Source: Bacteroidota bacterium (GTDB lineage: Bacteria > Bacteroidota > Bacteroidia > Bacteroidales > B39-G9). Taken from it: a DNA stretch of 64,000 nucleotides. The notes beneath the pieces were generated by a model. That model was not told the DNA's origin. It ran no database searches and was given only the letters and a program-made list of their open reading frames with translations. The stretch spans positions 41-64,040 of the forward strand of contig JADFUR010000113.1 in NCBI GenBank assembly GCA_015222055.1, given 5' to 3'. Both the position numbers and the translations under genes were made by a program. Below are positions 29,118 through 40,900 of the stretch, piece by piece (positions within the stretch are counted from its first letter, which is position 1; every line of letters starts with the position of its first letter).

Positions 29118-29594
29118 TTGCAATATTTAAAAATCATGCAACAACTAAATTTACCAATTTATCAACATAGAACTAAAATTGAAGAAGACAAAAAATTAAT
29201 CTTTGATAGTATAAGGAAAAAATATGTTGCTTTAACACCCGAAGAATGGGTAAGGCAAAATTTTATTCAATATCTGATTAATGAAAAAAATTATCCTGCT
29301 CCGTTAATTGCCGTTGAAATGGCTTTAAAAGTTAACACTGTTACCCGACGATGTGATATTGCATTATATAATAAAAAAGGCAAACCTATTGTTATTGTTG
29401 AATGTAAAGCAGCAGATGTTAAAATCAATCAAAAAACCTTTGAGCAAATAGCTGGTTATAACATTGAATTACAGGTTGATTATTTGATAGTTACAAATGG
29501 CATTAATCATTATTGCTGTAAAATTGATTATGAATTGAGCAGTTTCAGTTTTTTGAAAGATATACCTGATTACAAAGAAATTTCAAATAAATAA
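29118..29594 (+). CDS. stand-alone type I restriction enzyme HsdR N-terminal (PD-(D/E)XK-like) domain protein
   Basis: 158 aa in the track from a TTG start; the ATG at 29136 ('MQQLNLPIY') is more plausible. 'RCDIALYNKKGKPIVIVECK' is the D...E-x-K core. No hsdM, hsdS or helicase part nearby. Confidence 0.7.
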   Translation: MQYLKIMQQLNLPIYQHRTKIEEDKKLIFDSIRKKYVALTPEEWVRQNFIQYLINEKNYPAPLIAVEMALKVNTVTRRCDIALYNKKGKPIVIVECKAADVKINQKTFEQIAGYNIELQVDYLIVTNGINHYCCKIDYELSSFSFLKDIPDYKEISNK

Positions 29595-29598
29595 AAAA

Positions 29599-29628
29599 AT
29601 CTTACTTGAAAAAAGCAGTGAGATTTTT
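29599..29628 (+). terminator. probable terminator after the HsdR_N-domain gene
   Basis: AATCTTACT / AGTGAGATT (9 bp, one G-U) with a 9-nt loop, then TTT, starting 5 nt after the stop. Confidence 0.5.
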
Positions 29629-29778
29629 CTCATAATTAAAAGATAAATTATTTTACAAATTTTAAATTCCAGATTATCCGGATTTCTCCAAAGCTTAACT
29701 TTTTTCCATAATCTGTTTTAAAACATAAAAATAAACAAATAATGCCTAAATTACTATTTGCAAAATTCAATAAGTTAT

Positions 29779-29786
29779 TATCTTTG
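29779..29786 (+). promoter_or_regulatory. candidate -7 promoter element for citF
   Basis: TATCTTTG fits TAnnTTTG, 31 nt before the ATG. Confidence 0.3.
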
Positions 29787-29816
29787 TTAATATAAAAAAC
29801 CAATAAAGCTATTACC

Positions 29817-31373
29817 ATGTCAAATAAACTAGTAAAAAATGCTGTAGGCAGGATGGTTCCTGTAGAAATTAATGGAGAACCTGTAATACCATTTAAAGGC
29901 GTAAATAAACATAGACCGTCGGGAAGAAAATATGCACCACCAATATCGTGTTCAGCAGATTATCCTGCAGATGGAAATAAAGTTGTTCCATCGTTAAAAG
30001 AAGCATTAAAAAATTGTGGTTTAAAAGATGGAATGACAATATCAACCCACCACCATTTACGTAATGGTGATTTGGTGAATAACACAATTTTCGATATTGC
30101 TCACGAAGAAGGAGTTAAAGATTTGGTTTGGTATCCATCAGCCTCATTTCCTTGTAATGAGCCTTTAATAAAATATTTAGAAGACGGCACAATAAACCGT
30201 ATTGAAGGCAGTATGAACGGACCTCTTGGTAAATTTTGCTCGCAAGGTAAGATGAAAGGTACAGCAGTATTGCGTTCACATGGTGGCAGATATCAAGCTG
30301 TTCAAGATGGTGAAGTGAAAATTGATATTGCAGTTATTGCAGCACCAACTGCCGACCCTTTTGGTAATGCAAATGCATTATCAGGACCTTCGGCTTGTGG
30401 TGTTTTAGGTTATGCTTTAGCTGACTATCAATATGCAGACAAGGTAATTATTATTACAGATAATTTAATTGAATTCCCATGTATGCCAATGCAAATTGAA
30501 GGAAATTATGTTGATTATGTAGTTGTTGTTGATAAAATTGGTATTCCTGAAAAAATTATTTCAGGTTCTACACAAATAACAAAGAGCCCCGACAGATTAA
30601 TCATTGCGGACTTAACAACAAAATTTTGCGTAGAGGCCGGCTTGCTTCAAAACAGATGTTGTTTCCAATCAGGTGCAGGCGGAACGTCTTTGGCAATTTC
30701 AAATAATTTTCATCAGATATTAAAAGAAAATAATTGGAAAGCTAGATTTGCCTTTGGCGGAAGCACAAAATACATGGTTGAGATGTTAGAAGATGGAACA
30801 CTCGATTATATTTTAGATGCACAGGCATTTGATTTAGAAGCTGTTAAATCTATTAAAGAGAATAAAAATCATCACGAAGTGTCAATTTTCCATTCATATG
30901 ATTATAATTCAAAAGGGAATTACACTACAATGATGGATATTATGATTCTTGGTGCTACAGAAATTGACGTTAATTTTAACGGAAATGTTGTTACACATTC
31001 GGATGGTTACATACAACATGGTGTAGGTGGCTGGCAAAACTGCTTAAATGCAAAATGTACAATTATTCCTGTTCCTTTGTTTAGAAACAGAATGCCAATT
31101 ATAAAAGATGAAGTTACTACATTGTGCGGACCGGGCGAACTAATTGATGTTGTTGTTACTGAAAGAGGTATAGCAATTAATCCGCTAAGAAAAGACTTAA
31201 TTGAAAAATTAAAAAATTCGAAATTACCAATTAAAACAATAGAGGAGCTTAAGGCTGAAGCAGATGCTATTTGCGGAATACCTGAAAAACCAAAATTTAG
31301 CGATGAAGTTGTTGGAGTTGTTAAATGGATTGACGGAACAGTTATTGACTCTCTTTATAGGGTTATTGAGTAG
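29817..31373 (+). CDS. citF: citrate lyase alpha subunit / citrate CoA-transferase family protein
   Basis: 518 aa. 'SLKEALKNCGLKDGMTISTHHHLRNGD' and length match CitF. Followed by a clean terminator. Confidence 0.85.
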   Translation: MSNKLVKNAVGRMVPVEINGEPVIPFKGVNKHRPSGRKYAPPISCSADYPADGNKVVPSLKEALKNCGLKDGMTISTHHHLRNGDLVNNTIFDIAHEEGVKDLVWYPSASFPCNEPLIKYLEDGTINRIEGSMNGPLGKFCSQGKMKGTAVLRSHGGRYQAVQDGEVKIDIAVIAAPTADPFGNANALSGPSACGVLGYALADYQYADKVIIITDNLIEFPCMPMQIEGNYVDYVVVVDKIGIPEKIISGSTQITKSPDRLIIADLTTKFCVEAGLLQNRCCFQSGAGGTSLAISNNFHQILKENNWKARFAFGGSTKYMVEMLEDGTLDYILDAQAFDLEAVKSIKENKNHHEVSIFHSYDYNSKGNYTTMMDIMILGATEIDVNFNGNVVTHSDGYIQHGVGGWQNCLNAKCTIIPVPLFRNRMPIIKDEVTTLCGPGELIDVVVTERGIAINPLRKDLIEKLKNSKLPIKTIEELKAEADAICGIPEKPKFSDEVVGVVKWIDGTVIDSLYRVIE

Positions 31374-31460
31374 ATTTTATGAATTGCTAAATTGTTATAT
31401 GGCTAAATTGTTGATTTATAGTAATATTTTGACAAATTAGTTTATTTTTAAAAAAAATCT

Positions 31461-31483
31461 TGGGGCGAAAGCCCCATTTTTTT
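31461..31483 (+). terminator. intrinsic terminator after citF
   Basis: TGGGGC-GAAA-GCCCCA followed by T7. An A-run a few nt upstream could make it bidirectional. Confidence 0.8.
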
Positions 31484-31688
31484 ATACAAAAAAATTCTCA
31501 CTTTATTAATAATAAGTACATCAATAGAATTATGTTTTCATCATCGCAAACAGCCTGTCCCGAAAATCAGGAATAGTGAAGCAATCTCAACCTTATGAAT
31601 TGCAATATATAGATTACTTTGTTCCTCTCAATGACTTAACTTTTAGGAGTGGAATTATAAATAAACATCCTCAGATATATTATTTTTT

Positions 31689-32375
31689 TTATCCCAAAAC
31701 TTTATTAAATTCATTCCATATAACATCGTCGGGAGTTGGGGCAATAACTGTGAGTAAGTCCTTTTTAACAGGATGAATAAATGATATTTTTCTTGCATGC
31801 AAACTAATACCTGCATTTTTATTTGAGCGATTAAAGCCATACTTTAAATCACCTTTTATGGGACAATTAATTTTTGCAAGTTGGCAACGAATTTGATGAT
31901 GTCGTCCTGTTTTTAGCTCAACTTCTAATAAATAATAATTATCTATACTTGCAATAGTCTTATAATCTAATATTGCAATTTTTGAATTTGCGACTTCCTT
32001 TTCGTAAGCAAACGATTTATTAATTTTTGTGTTTCGAGCAATATAATGAGTTAAAGTTCCCGAAGTGATTTGTGGTTTATTTTTAACAACAGCCCAATAA
32101 AATTTATGAACATCTTTCTCTGCAAACATTTTATTTAAACGGGTTAAGGCTTTGCTTGTCTTAGCAAAAACGACAGCACCGCTCACAGGTCTATCTAATC
32201 GGTGAGCAACACCAACAAATACATTCCCGGGTTTATTATATTTAACTTTTATGTAATCAGCAACGTCGTCCTTTAAGGTAACATCCCCTGTTTTGTCACC
32301 TTGAACAATATCAGAAACTCTTTTATTTACTATTATTATATGATTATCTTCATATAATACTTGAATATTGGGCAT
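31689..32375 (-). CDS. RluA-family RNA pseudouridine synthase
   Basis: 228 aa. Catalytic motif 'HRLDRPVSGAVVFAKT', and 'GRHHQIR'. Confidence 0.85.
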   Translation of the reverse strand: MPNIQVLYEDNHIIIVNKRVSDIVQGDKTGDVTLKDDVADYIKVKYNKPGNVFVGVAHRLDRPVSGAVVFAKTSKALTRLNKMFAEKDVHKFYWAVVKNKPQITSGTLTHYIARNTKINKSFAYEKEVANSKIAILDYKTIASIDNYYLLEVELKTGRHHQIRCQLAKINCPIKGDLKYGFNRSNKNAGISLHARKISFIHPVKKDLLTVIAPTPDDVIWNEFNKVLG

Positions 32376-32661
32376 ATTTTATCTATTCAGATTAAAAAAA
32401 ATTAACAATGAATATTCAATAAATTCTAATTATTTGAAAATAAGCTTATTGCAATCGTATCTATTTTATTTCCTAAAAATTAGAATAAAACCTTTAAATG
32501 TGAAAAAATTTTAATTGTAGTTTAAAAAAAAAGTCACATTATTCTGCAAGGGAATAAATCTTGTGTTTTATTCAGCAAATTTTTCCCTGCGGTTATCTTG
32601 TTTATTATGAATACCCCCGAATAAAATCGAGGGCTAATTTTATTTCATTTTTGAATAAAAT

Positions 32662-33477
32662 CTAATACTGTTCTTTATCATTAGGGAAATCAACTTTTTT
32701 GACATCAGTAATATAATTTTTCACAGCACCTAAAATCTCTTCAGAAAGGTTATGATATCGGCGTAAAAAACGTGGTGAAAATTCTTGAGTGATACCAAGC
32801 ATGTCGTGAAGCACAAGAACTTGTCCATCTACATCGTGACCTGCACCAATGCCAATTACCGGAATTTTAACTTCTTTGGCAACACGAGCAGCTAATTTTG
32901 CAGGTATTTTTTCAAGCACAATTGAAAAGCAACCTGCATCTTCTAATATATGTGCATCTTTAACAAGTTTTTCAGCTTCTTCGTCTTCTCGAGCACGAAC
33001 AACATACGTTCCAAATTTATGAATTGACTGAGGTGTTAAACCCAGATGTCCCATTACAGGAATACCAGCCGAAAGAATTCTCATTACAGATTCTTTTACT
33101 TCTTCACCACCTTCTAGCTTAACAGCATGAGCACCAGTTTCTTTCATAATTCGTATAGCCGATGCTAAAGCTTCTTTTGAATTTCCCTGATAAGTTCCGA
33201 AAGGCAAATCAACAACAACCAAAGCTCTTTCAACTGCACGCACTACAGATAAAGCATGATATATCATCTGATTTAAGGTGATTGGTAAAGTTGATTGATT
33301 ACCCGCCATAACATTTGAAGCGGAATCTCCTACTAATATCACATCAATACCAGCTTGGTCAATAATACGAGCCATTGAATAATCATAGGCTGTCAACATT
33401 GAAATTTTTTCACCTCTAAGCTTCATCTCATTTAATACATGAGTTGTAACCACTTTTATATTTCTATTTAATAACAT
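32662..33477 (-). CDS. panB: 3-methyl-2-oxobutanoate hydroxymethyltransferase
   Basis: 271 aa. '[26 protein letters not shown]' and 'VKLEGG' are strongly PanB. Confidence 0.95.
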   Translation of the reverse strand: MLLNRNIKVVTTHVLNEMKLRGEKISMLTAYDYSMARIIDQAGIDVILVGDSASNVMAGNQSTLPITLNQMIYHALSVVRAVERALVVVDLPFGTYQGNSKEALASAIRIMKETGAHAVKLEGGEEVKESVMRILSAGIPVMGHLGLTPQSIHKFGTYVVRAREDEEAEKLVKDAHILEDAGCFSIVLEKIPAKLAARVAKEVKIPVIGIGAGHDVDGQVLVLHDMLGITQEFSPRFLRRYHNLSEEILGAVKNYITDVKKVDFPNDKEQY

Positions 33478-33535
33478 TTTTTTTTATTATTAGTTTCAAG
33501 TTTCATTAATTAACACAAAATTTTAAATCTAAATT

Positions 33536-34888
33536 CTAATTCTTTAATTGCAACTTGAGTTGTTTTATTGTTTTTTCTTTATCGTTAATAATTTTATATG
33601 CTTGCTTTTTCTTTTTATGTTGCAAACATAATATTATTACAAATATTATTATAATAATTAGAACAATTACTCCTGAATAAATAATAATATTTTGTTTTTC
33701 AATTTTTAATAAAAATAATTCTTTTTCTTTGGTTAATAATTTTACTTCATTTTCACTTTGAAGCAATTTACTTTTTGTTAAATCTTTAATGGAAATTTTA
33801 GATTTTTGAATACTGAAGACAGAATCTTTTATTACTACATATTTTTGATAATACCCTAAAGCCTTCTTCGGATTATCAGTAATATAATAAATATCATACA
33901 AAGATTTATAATTATCTAACATGGTGATTTGCATATTTGTTTCTTTTGCAACATTAAGACTTCTTTGAAAATATTCTGTTGCCTTTTTATATTTTTTCAT
34001 CTCTTTATATACATTTCCCATACTATGCAGAGATATAGCAAATTCAATTTTATCACTAAATTTTTGTTGAATTACAAAAGCTTTTTTGTAATAAATTAGC
34101 GACTTTTTTAATTCTCCTTTTAATTTATATACTTCTCCTTTTTGATTAAGTATTTTAATCAATTCCTGATTATCTTCTAATTCTTTGTATTTTTTAAAAG
34201 AATCATCAAAATATTGAATAGCCTTGTCATACTTTTTAATTGCTTGATAAACTTTACCAATTCGGAAAAAAGAATTAGCAATTTCAGATTTATTATCAAG
34301 TTTTTTAAATCCGGTTAGAGCTTTATTGTAAAAATTATTTGCTTGATTATAATTCTCCCAAGAAAAATGAATATCAGCAATATTATTTAATATATGTGCC
34401 TGTTTATTTTCATAGCCTAATTTTTTATAAATATTTAAAGTTTGTTGAAAATATAAAAGAGATTTTTTTAAATCATTTAGCTTATAGTAAACGATACCAA
34501 TTTTCTGCATTAAGTTCGCAATATCTCTTTTAACTCCTAATTTTAGAGTTTGTTTAAGTGACTTTTGATAATAATTTAAAGCTTTTTCATCATCATTTTT
34601 ATTATAAAATGCAATACCTAGGTAATTTAATGCATTTGCCTGCTCTTTTATATTATTATATTTACGAGCAAATTTTAAAGCTGTAAATGCATATTTGATT
34701 GTTGAATCTGGCGAAACCGAAAGGTTCTTATAAGCAATATCATTAAAATATTCAGCTCTAATAGTATCCACCACTAAATTAACTTTACTATTTGTTTTAT
34801 AATTACTATTGCTTGCAAACGAGAAATTGCTAAAAATAAAAGCAATGAATGTAACGCATAAAATTTTTGAGATATTCATGTCTGACAT
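33536..34888 (-). CDS. TPR-repeat protein with signal peptide and a single C-terminal TM helix, no output domain
   Basis: 450 aa. Repeated 'A..YY.K.L.I..K.G' TPR units and a TM helix 'IIIYSGVIVLIIIIIFVIILCL' near the end. Paralogous to the N-terminal halves of the next sensors. Confidence 0.7.
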   Translation of the reverse strand: MSDMNISKILCVTFIAFIFSNFSFASNSNYKTNSKVNLVVDTIRAEYFNDIAYKNLSVSPDSTIKYAFTALKFARKYNNIKEQANALNYLGIAFYNKNDDEKALNYYQKSLKQTLKLGVKRDIANLMQKIGIVYYKLNDLKKSLLYFQQTLNIYKKLGYENKQAHILNNIADIHFSWENYNQANNFYNKALTGFKKLDNKSEIANSFFRIGKVYQAIKKYDKAIQYFDDSFKKYKELEDNQELIKILNQKGEVYKLKGELKKSLIYYKKAFVIQQKFSDKIEFAISLHSMGNVYKEMKKYKKATEYFQRSLNVAKETNMQITMLDNYKSLYDIYYITDNPKKALGYYQKYVVIKDSVFSIQKSKISIKDLTKSKLLQSENEVKLLTKEKELFLLKIEKQNIIIYSGVIVLIIIIIFVIILCLQHKKKKQAYKIINDKEKTIKQLKLQLKN

Positions 34889-34952
34889 TTTTCTAAATTT
34901 TTATTAAATACAAAATTACATTTGAATTTTAATATTATCAAGAATAAAATAA

Positions 34953-37850
34953 TTAATATTTATTTAGCGAAAAAATAAATTTTGTACCTTTATTCAATTC
35001 GCTCTCTACCCATATTTCGCCACCTGATTTTTTAATAAATTCTTTACATAAATAGAGACCTAATTTGGAACTTTTTTCATTTGTTGTTCCAATTTTAGAA
35101 ATTTGTTGCTCTATATTAAAAAGATCATGAATCTCATAATCGCTCATTCCAATTCCGTCGTCTGCTATTTCAATTTCCAATTTAGCACCTAAATCTTTCG
35201 CACTTACTTTTACATTTCCTTCTTCATTAGTAAATTTAATTGCATTTGAAAGCAAATTTCTAACTATAGTAGAAACTACATCTTTGTCGGCAAAGACAAA
35301 GGTATTTGGCTTAATTGAGGATGTTAAACAAATCTTTTTTATCTGAGCATTAACTCTGAACAGCTCTAAACAATTATCAATAATATCGAACAAATCGTTT
35401 TTTTTAGGATCTTGAGTTAATCCGCCTATTTGAGTTTTCGACCAATTAAGCAAATTTTCTAAAAAAACATATAATTGATTCGATGATCGATTTAGTACTT
35501 GAATAAAATTTAACAACTTATCTTTTTCAAGTGCATCATAATTATCATTCATATATTCACTAACCGAAATCAAAGCAGACAAAGGGTTTCTAATATCGTG
35601 AGCCACAATTGAAAGAAATCTATCTTTGAAAATATTGTCTTCTTTTAAGGCATTTTCTGAACTTTTAAGTTCTGTATTTTTTTGTTCTAATTTTTTATTA
35701 TGATTACTTAACAACTCATTACGTTTTTGTTTTAATTTGTAACGTTTATAAAGTTGAAACAAAATAAAAACAATAAATACAACACAAATTATTAAAAAAT
35801 TTCTAAGATTACGCTGGGATTTTAATTCTAGTTCTTTAATTTGTTTTTCTTGTTTTAAAACGTCTATCTCTTTTTCTTTTTTTTCTGTTTCGTAACGAAT
35901 TTGTAACTCGGCAATTTTCTTTGTGTTTTCTTGATTAAAAATGCTGTCTTTATGGTTTGAAAAACGTTCGAAATATTGAAGAGATTTTTTATAATCACCT
36001 ATATGTGAATACAAAACATAAAAGTCATAACAAATATTCTTAAGTAACTCTTGTTCTTTTATTTCATTTGCAATTAAAATTGATTTTTTTAAATATGGCA
36101 GTGCTTTTGAAAATTTTTTATTTTCGATATATAATTCGGCAATATTTTTTGATGTGTTTGCTATACCACTTTTGTCATTTATTTCATTTCTAATTTTAAG
36201 TGATTTTTTATAATAATCTATTGCCATTGAAAAAATTTTCAAATCGTGATAATAATTACCAATATTGTTTAAAATTTCAGCATAACCTTTATTATCACCT
36301 ATATCAGAATATATTTTCAATGATTTTTGGTAATATTTCAATGATTTTGGGTATTCATTGAAATCACGATATATTAATGCAATATTATTTAATGACTTTG
36401 CTATATATTTTTTATCGCCAACCTGCTCTCTAATTTCTAAAGATTGCATATAAAAACTTAATGCATTATTATAATTTTCTGAATTCCAATAAACACTTCC
36501 AATATTATTTAATGAAGTTGCAATAAAAATTTTATCGCCTATCTCATTATAAATATTCAAGGCTTTTCTATAATAATCAATTGATTTTTTATAATTTGTT
36601 AAGTCTTTAAAAACAGTTGCAATATTATTAAAAGAAGCTGCAATATTCTTTTTATCACCTATTTGCTCTCTAATATAAAGAGCTTTCATATAATAATCTA
36701 AGGCTAAATCGTATTTATTAATTTTCCAGTAAACACTCCCAATATTATTTAGGGTTAATGCTATTGCTTGTTTATTTCCAATATTATTTTTTATAATTAA
36801 CGATTGTTTATAATAATCAATTGCATTATCATAATTATTAAGGTTTTTATAAACCATTCCAATATTATTAAGAGAGTTTGCTACTCCAATATCGTCGCCT
36901 ATTTTTTTTCTTATTGCCAAAGATTGCAAATAGTATTCAAGAGCCTTTTTGTTATTGTTAAGTTTCCAATAAACACTTCCAATATTATTTAATGAATATG
37001 CTATATCTTTTTTATTACCAATTTGTTTTTTTATTGCTAATGATTTAATATGATATTCTAAAGATTTTTTATAATTACTTAAATCTTTATAAACTATTCC
37101 GAGATTATTTAATGACTTTGCTATTCCTTTCATATCATCAATTTCTTGGCGATATTTTAATGATTTTTGATAGTTCTCAATTGCTTTATCATAATCGCCT
37201 AATTTCCAATAAACACCGGCAACATTGTTTAATGAGTAAGCAAGAGATTTTTTGTCATTAATTTTTGAATTAATTTTTGATGCTTGCAAATAATAACTCA
37301 AAGCTTTTTTATAATTATTCAAATCACGATAAACAATACCTATATTGTTTAATGAGTTGGCTATTTGTTTTTCATCATCAATTTTCCTTCTAATTTCTAA
37401 TGCTTGTTGGTAGTAATCTAAGGCTTTTTCATAGTCATTGGTTTTCCAATAAACATTTCCTATATAATTTAATGAAGTAGCAATACCTGATTTATTTCTT
37501 TTCTTTTTACTAATATCAATAGACTTATAATAATGTTTTATTGCTTTATCAAATTGATTCGAAAAATAATAGGCAGTACCAATATTGTTTAGTGCATTTG
37601 CTTTTTCTGTTTTATTATTTGATCTGATTGCAGCTGATAAACCTTTATTGCCATATTTTAGAGATTTTTCGGGGGAAATGTTAAAATATTCTGTTGATAA
37701 AGCATTTAATAAGAGAGTACGCTCGTCACCAACAGCATTTTTTAATTTATTTTCAAGACTATCAATTTTATTTTGATTGATTGCTGCCGACAAATTAATA
37801 ATAAAAATAACTAGTAATGAAAATACTATTACAATCCTTTTTTTATACAT
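34953..37850 (-). CDS. sensor histidine kinase with a large extracytoplasmic TPR array
   Basis: 965 aa. About 14 TPR units of ~40 aa, TM helix 'FLIICVVFIVFILFQLY', H-box 'FLSIVAHDIRNPLSAL', and HATPase_c ending 'GGEIWVESELNKGTKFIFSL'. Confidence 0.85.
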   Translation of the reverse strand: MYKKRIVIVFSLLVIFIINLSAAINQNKIDSLENKLKNAVGDERTLLLNALSTEYFNISPEKSLKYGNKGLSAAIRSNNKTEKANALNNIGTAYYFSNQFDKAIKHYYKSIDISKKKRNKSGIATSLNYIGNVYWKTNDYEKALDYYQQALEIRRKIDDEKQIANSLNNIGIVYRDLNNYKKALSYYLQASKINSKINDKKSLAYSLNNVAGVYWKLGDYDKAIENYQKSLKYRQEIDDMKGIAKSLNNLGIVYKDLSNYKKSLEYHIKSLAIKKQIGNKKDIAYSLNNIGSVYWKLNNNKKALEYYLQSLAIRKKIGDDIGVANSLNNIGMVYKNLNNYDNAIDYYKQSLIIKNNIGNKQAIALTLNNIGSVYWKINKYDLALDYYMKALYIREQIGDKKNIAASFNNIATVFKDLTNYKKSIDYYRKALNIYNEIGDKIFIATSLNNIGSVYWNSENYNNALSFYMQSLEIREQVGDKKYIAKSLNNIALIYRDFNEYPKSLKYYQKSLKIYSDIGDNKGYAEILNNIGNYYHDLKIFSMAIDYYKKSLKIRNEINDKSGIANTSKNIAELYIENKKFSKALPYLKKSILIANEIKEQELLKNICYDFYVLYSHIGDYKKSLQYFERFSNHKDSIFNQENTKKIAELQIRYETEKKEKEIDVLKQEKQIKELELKSQRNLRNFLIICVVFIVFILFQLYKRYKLKQKRNELLSNHNKKLEQKNTELKSSENALKEDNIFKDRFLSIVAHDIRNPLSALISVSEYMNDNYDALEKDKLLNFIQVLNRSSNQLYVFLENLLNWSKTQIGGLTQDPKKNDLFDIIDNCLELFRVNAQIKKICLTSSIKPNTFVFADKDVVSTIVRNLLSNAIKFTNEEGNVKVSAKDLGAKLEIEIADDGIGMSDYEIHDLFNIEQQISKIGTTNEKSSKLGLYLCKEFIKKSGGEIWVESELNKGTKFIFSLNKY

Positions 37851-37912
37851 AAATTAAAAATTATGATTTTTTATTTATTATTAAATATAGAACTTCCAAA
37901 TTTTAAATCAGA

Positions 37913-40900
37913 TCATACTTTTAGTCCAACAACTAAAACATCGTCAACTTGTTCTCCTTCACCTTTCCATTCTTCAAAATTCTTATGTAAAATAATCTTT
38001 TGTTCACTTAATTCTTTATTATGAATTTTCAATAATAATTTTTTCAGATTCTTTAGTTTAAACCTATTGTCTTTTTCTCCCCCAAATTGGTCTGCATAAC
38101 CATCTGAAAACATATATATTACATCGTTTTTTTGCACTTTCATTTCATTATGTGTAAATGAAGGTTCTATATCTAAATAAATACCTATAGGCACGCGATC
38201 TGGAAGTATTTTTAGCAACTCATTGTTTCTTATTATATAAAGAGGTATTAAAGCACCCGAATACTCCAAAATATTAGAAGTCAAGTCAATCGTAATTACT
38301 GCGATATCCATTCCATCACTAGTTTCGCCTGATTTGCCTGTTTGCTTTAACGATGAGATAACATTATGTCTCAATCTTTCTAAAATACTTTTTGGTTTTA
38401 TAATATTTCTTTCTTTAATAATTTTATTTAGAAAAGAAATTCCAAGCATACTCATAAATGCACCAGGAACACCATGTCCTGTGCAGTCAGCCACAGCGAC
38501 AATTATTTTTTTGCCTTTTTTAGAAAACCAATAAAAATCACCGCTTACTATATCTTTTGGCCTTAACAAAATAAAATTCTCAATATACTTTTCTAATTCA
38601 TTTACGGGCGTCATAATTGATTGCTGAATACGTTTGGCATATGACAGACTATCAGTAATATCAATATTTTTTTGCATTATTTGCTCGTCTGCCTCTTTAA
38701 GTTTAGTAATGTCAGTATCAATAGCAATTAATTTTAAAATATTATTATTATTATCGAGAATTGGTGTAAGAGTTGTTTGTGCCCACATTTCTTTACCGTC
38801 GCGTGTTTTATTTAATGCTTCGTAAACAATGGGTTTTTTATCTCCATACCAAATATTAATTAAATCTTGAATTTGTAAATTTGAACTAGCTCCTACAAAA
38901 TTTCTATCTTTTTCTTTAACTAATTGCTCCAAATTATACCCATACATTCGAACGAATCCATCGTTTACCCATTCAAAATTACCCTTTGAATCCATAATAA
39001 CTATTGCGTTATCTGTTTTGCTTGCAACGATTGATAATTTTTCTAACTCTTTATTCGCATGTTCGAGATACTCAGCCTGTGCTTCAATTTCTTCATTTTT
39101 CTGACGTAATTCAGATGTTCTTTCTTTAACATTTTTTTCTAATTCTTTTTTGTCGCTTATTAATTTTTTTTCTCTAATCTTATTATATAAAATAATTATT
39201 AGAATTAAAGTAATAAGTTCTAGAGCATAGAACCATGGCTTTTTCCACAAAGGTGGTTTAATAATAATTTTTACTGAAATTCCTGTTTCATTCCAAACTC
39301 CATCACTATTTGAACCTTTAACAACAAAATTATAATTACCTGGGTCAAGATTTGTATATGTTACTTCATTTTTATCTGTATAAACCCATTTTTCATCAAA
39401 GCCTTGCAACTTATATTTATAGCGATTTTTTTGAGTAACAGTATAATCTAAAGATGAAAAGACAAAAGAAAAAACATAATCTTTATATGACAATTCAATT
39501 TCTTTATTTTCAATAATATTTCGTTTTAATTCTCTTTTATTATCGGACCAATACGAATCATTAAATATCTTAAAATCTGTTATTTGAATTTGAGGTATAT
39601 ACTCATTATCATGAACCTCATCAAATACAAAATAAGACAAGCCGGAAATACATCCGAAAAACATTTCTCCATTATTATTTTTTATGCATGCTCCTCTGCT
39701 AAAACCATTACTTAATAAACCATCAAAAATAGTATAGTTCTTAATTTCTTTTGTTTCAATATTAAATTTTAACAAGCCATTGCTTGTTCCCATCCACAAA
39801 TATTTAAAGTCATCATATAAAATACTAAGAATAACATTACTTGAGTATTCATTATCTATGCAATATTGCTTTATCTGTTTTTCCTTAGGGTCATATTCAA
39901 ATATTCCTCCTCCTTCAGAACCAATCCATAAAACTCCATTATTATCTTCGGTAATTGCTTCAACCCTAAAACTTGACTGCAATTTAGAATCAATATTTAT
40001 TGTTTGAAAGGCTTCTGTTTTATAATCGAACTTATTTAAACCTCCAACGTAAGTACCAATCCATAAATTTTTTAATTTATCTTGATATATTTCGCTAATA
40101 TAATCATCGCGAAGTGATTTTGGATTATTTTTTTGATGTCTAAAATGCTTAAAAATTACTTTAGAAGAATCTTTTGAATAAATAATTTTATTCAGTCCTG
40201 ATTTTGTTCCTACCCAAATTGTTCCTCTATCATCTTGAAATATTACATTTATTTGATTTCCGCTAATACTGTTAGAATCATTTATATCGTGTTTATATCT
40301 AATAAACTCATATTTCCCATTTTTTAAAATCATCTTATTAAGTCCCTCGCTATATGTACCTGCCCACAAGCTGCCCGATTTATCAATGCAAATTGACCAT
40401 ATTCTACTTTGGCTAATACTGGTAGAGATATGCGACTTATGTTTGAAATTAGTATATCTGTTATTTTTTCTGTCAATTTTTGTTAAGCCTCCACCATCGG
40501 TACCAACCCAGAGATATCCTTCTTTATCTTGAGTAATTGACAATACATTAGGGTGAGGTAAGCTATTCTTTTTTTTCGGATTATAAGCTATACCATTAAA
40601 TTTTTTTGGTTTCAAATCAAGCTTGTTTATTCCTCCACCACGAGTTGCAATCCATAAATTATGTGATTTATCTTCACAAATATATTCAACTCTGTTATGA
40701 CTTAAGCTATAAATATTTCCAATATCATATTGGTAATTATAAAATCTATTTGTTTTTATATCAAAACGACACAGTCCACCAAAATAAGTACCAATCCAAA
40801 AATTACCAAAAGAATCTTTAAATAGGAACTCAACTCTATCTTCTTGTATTGAATATTTATTTTTGGGATCATGTTTATAAAAAACAATTTTATTTGTTTC

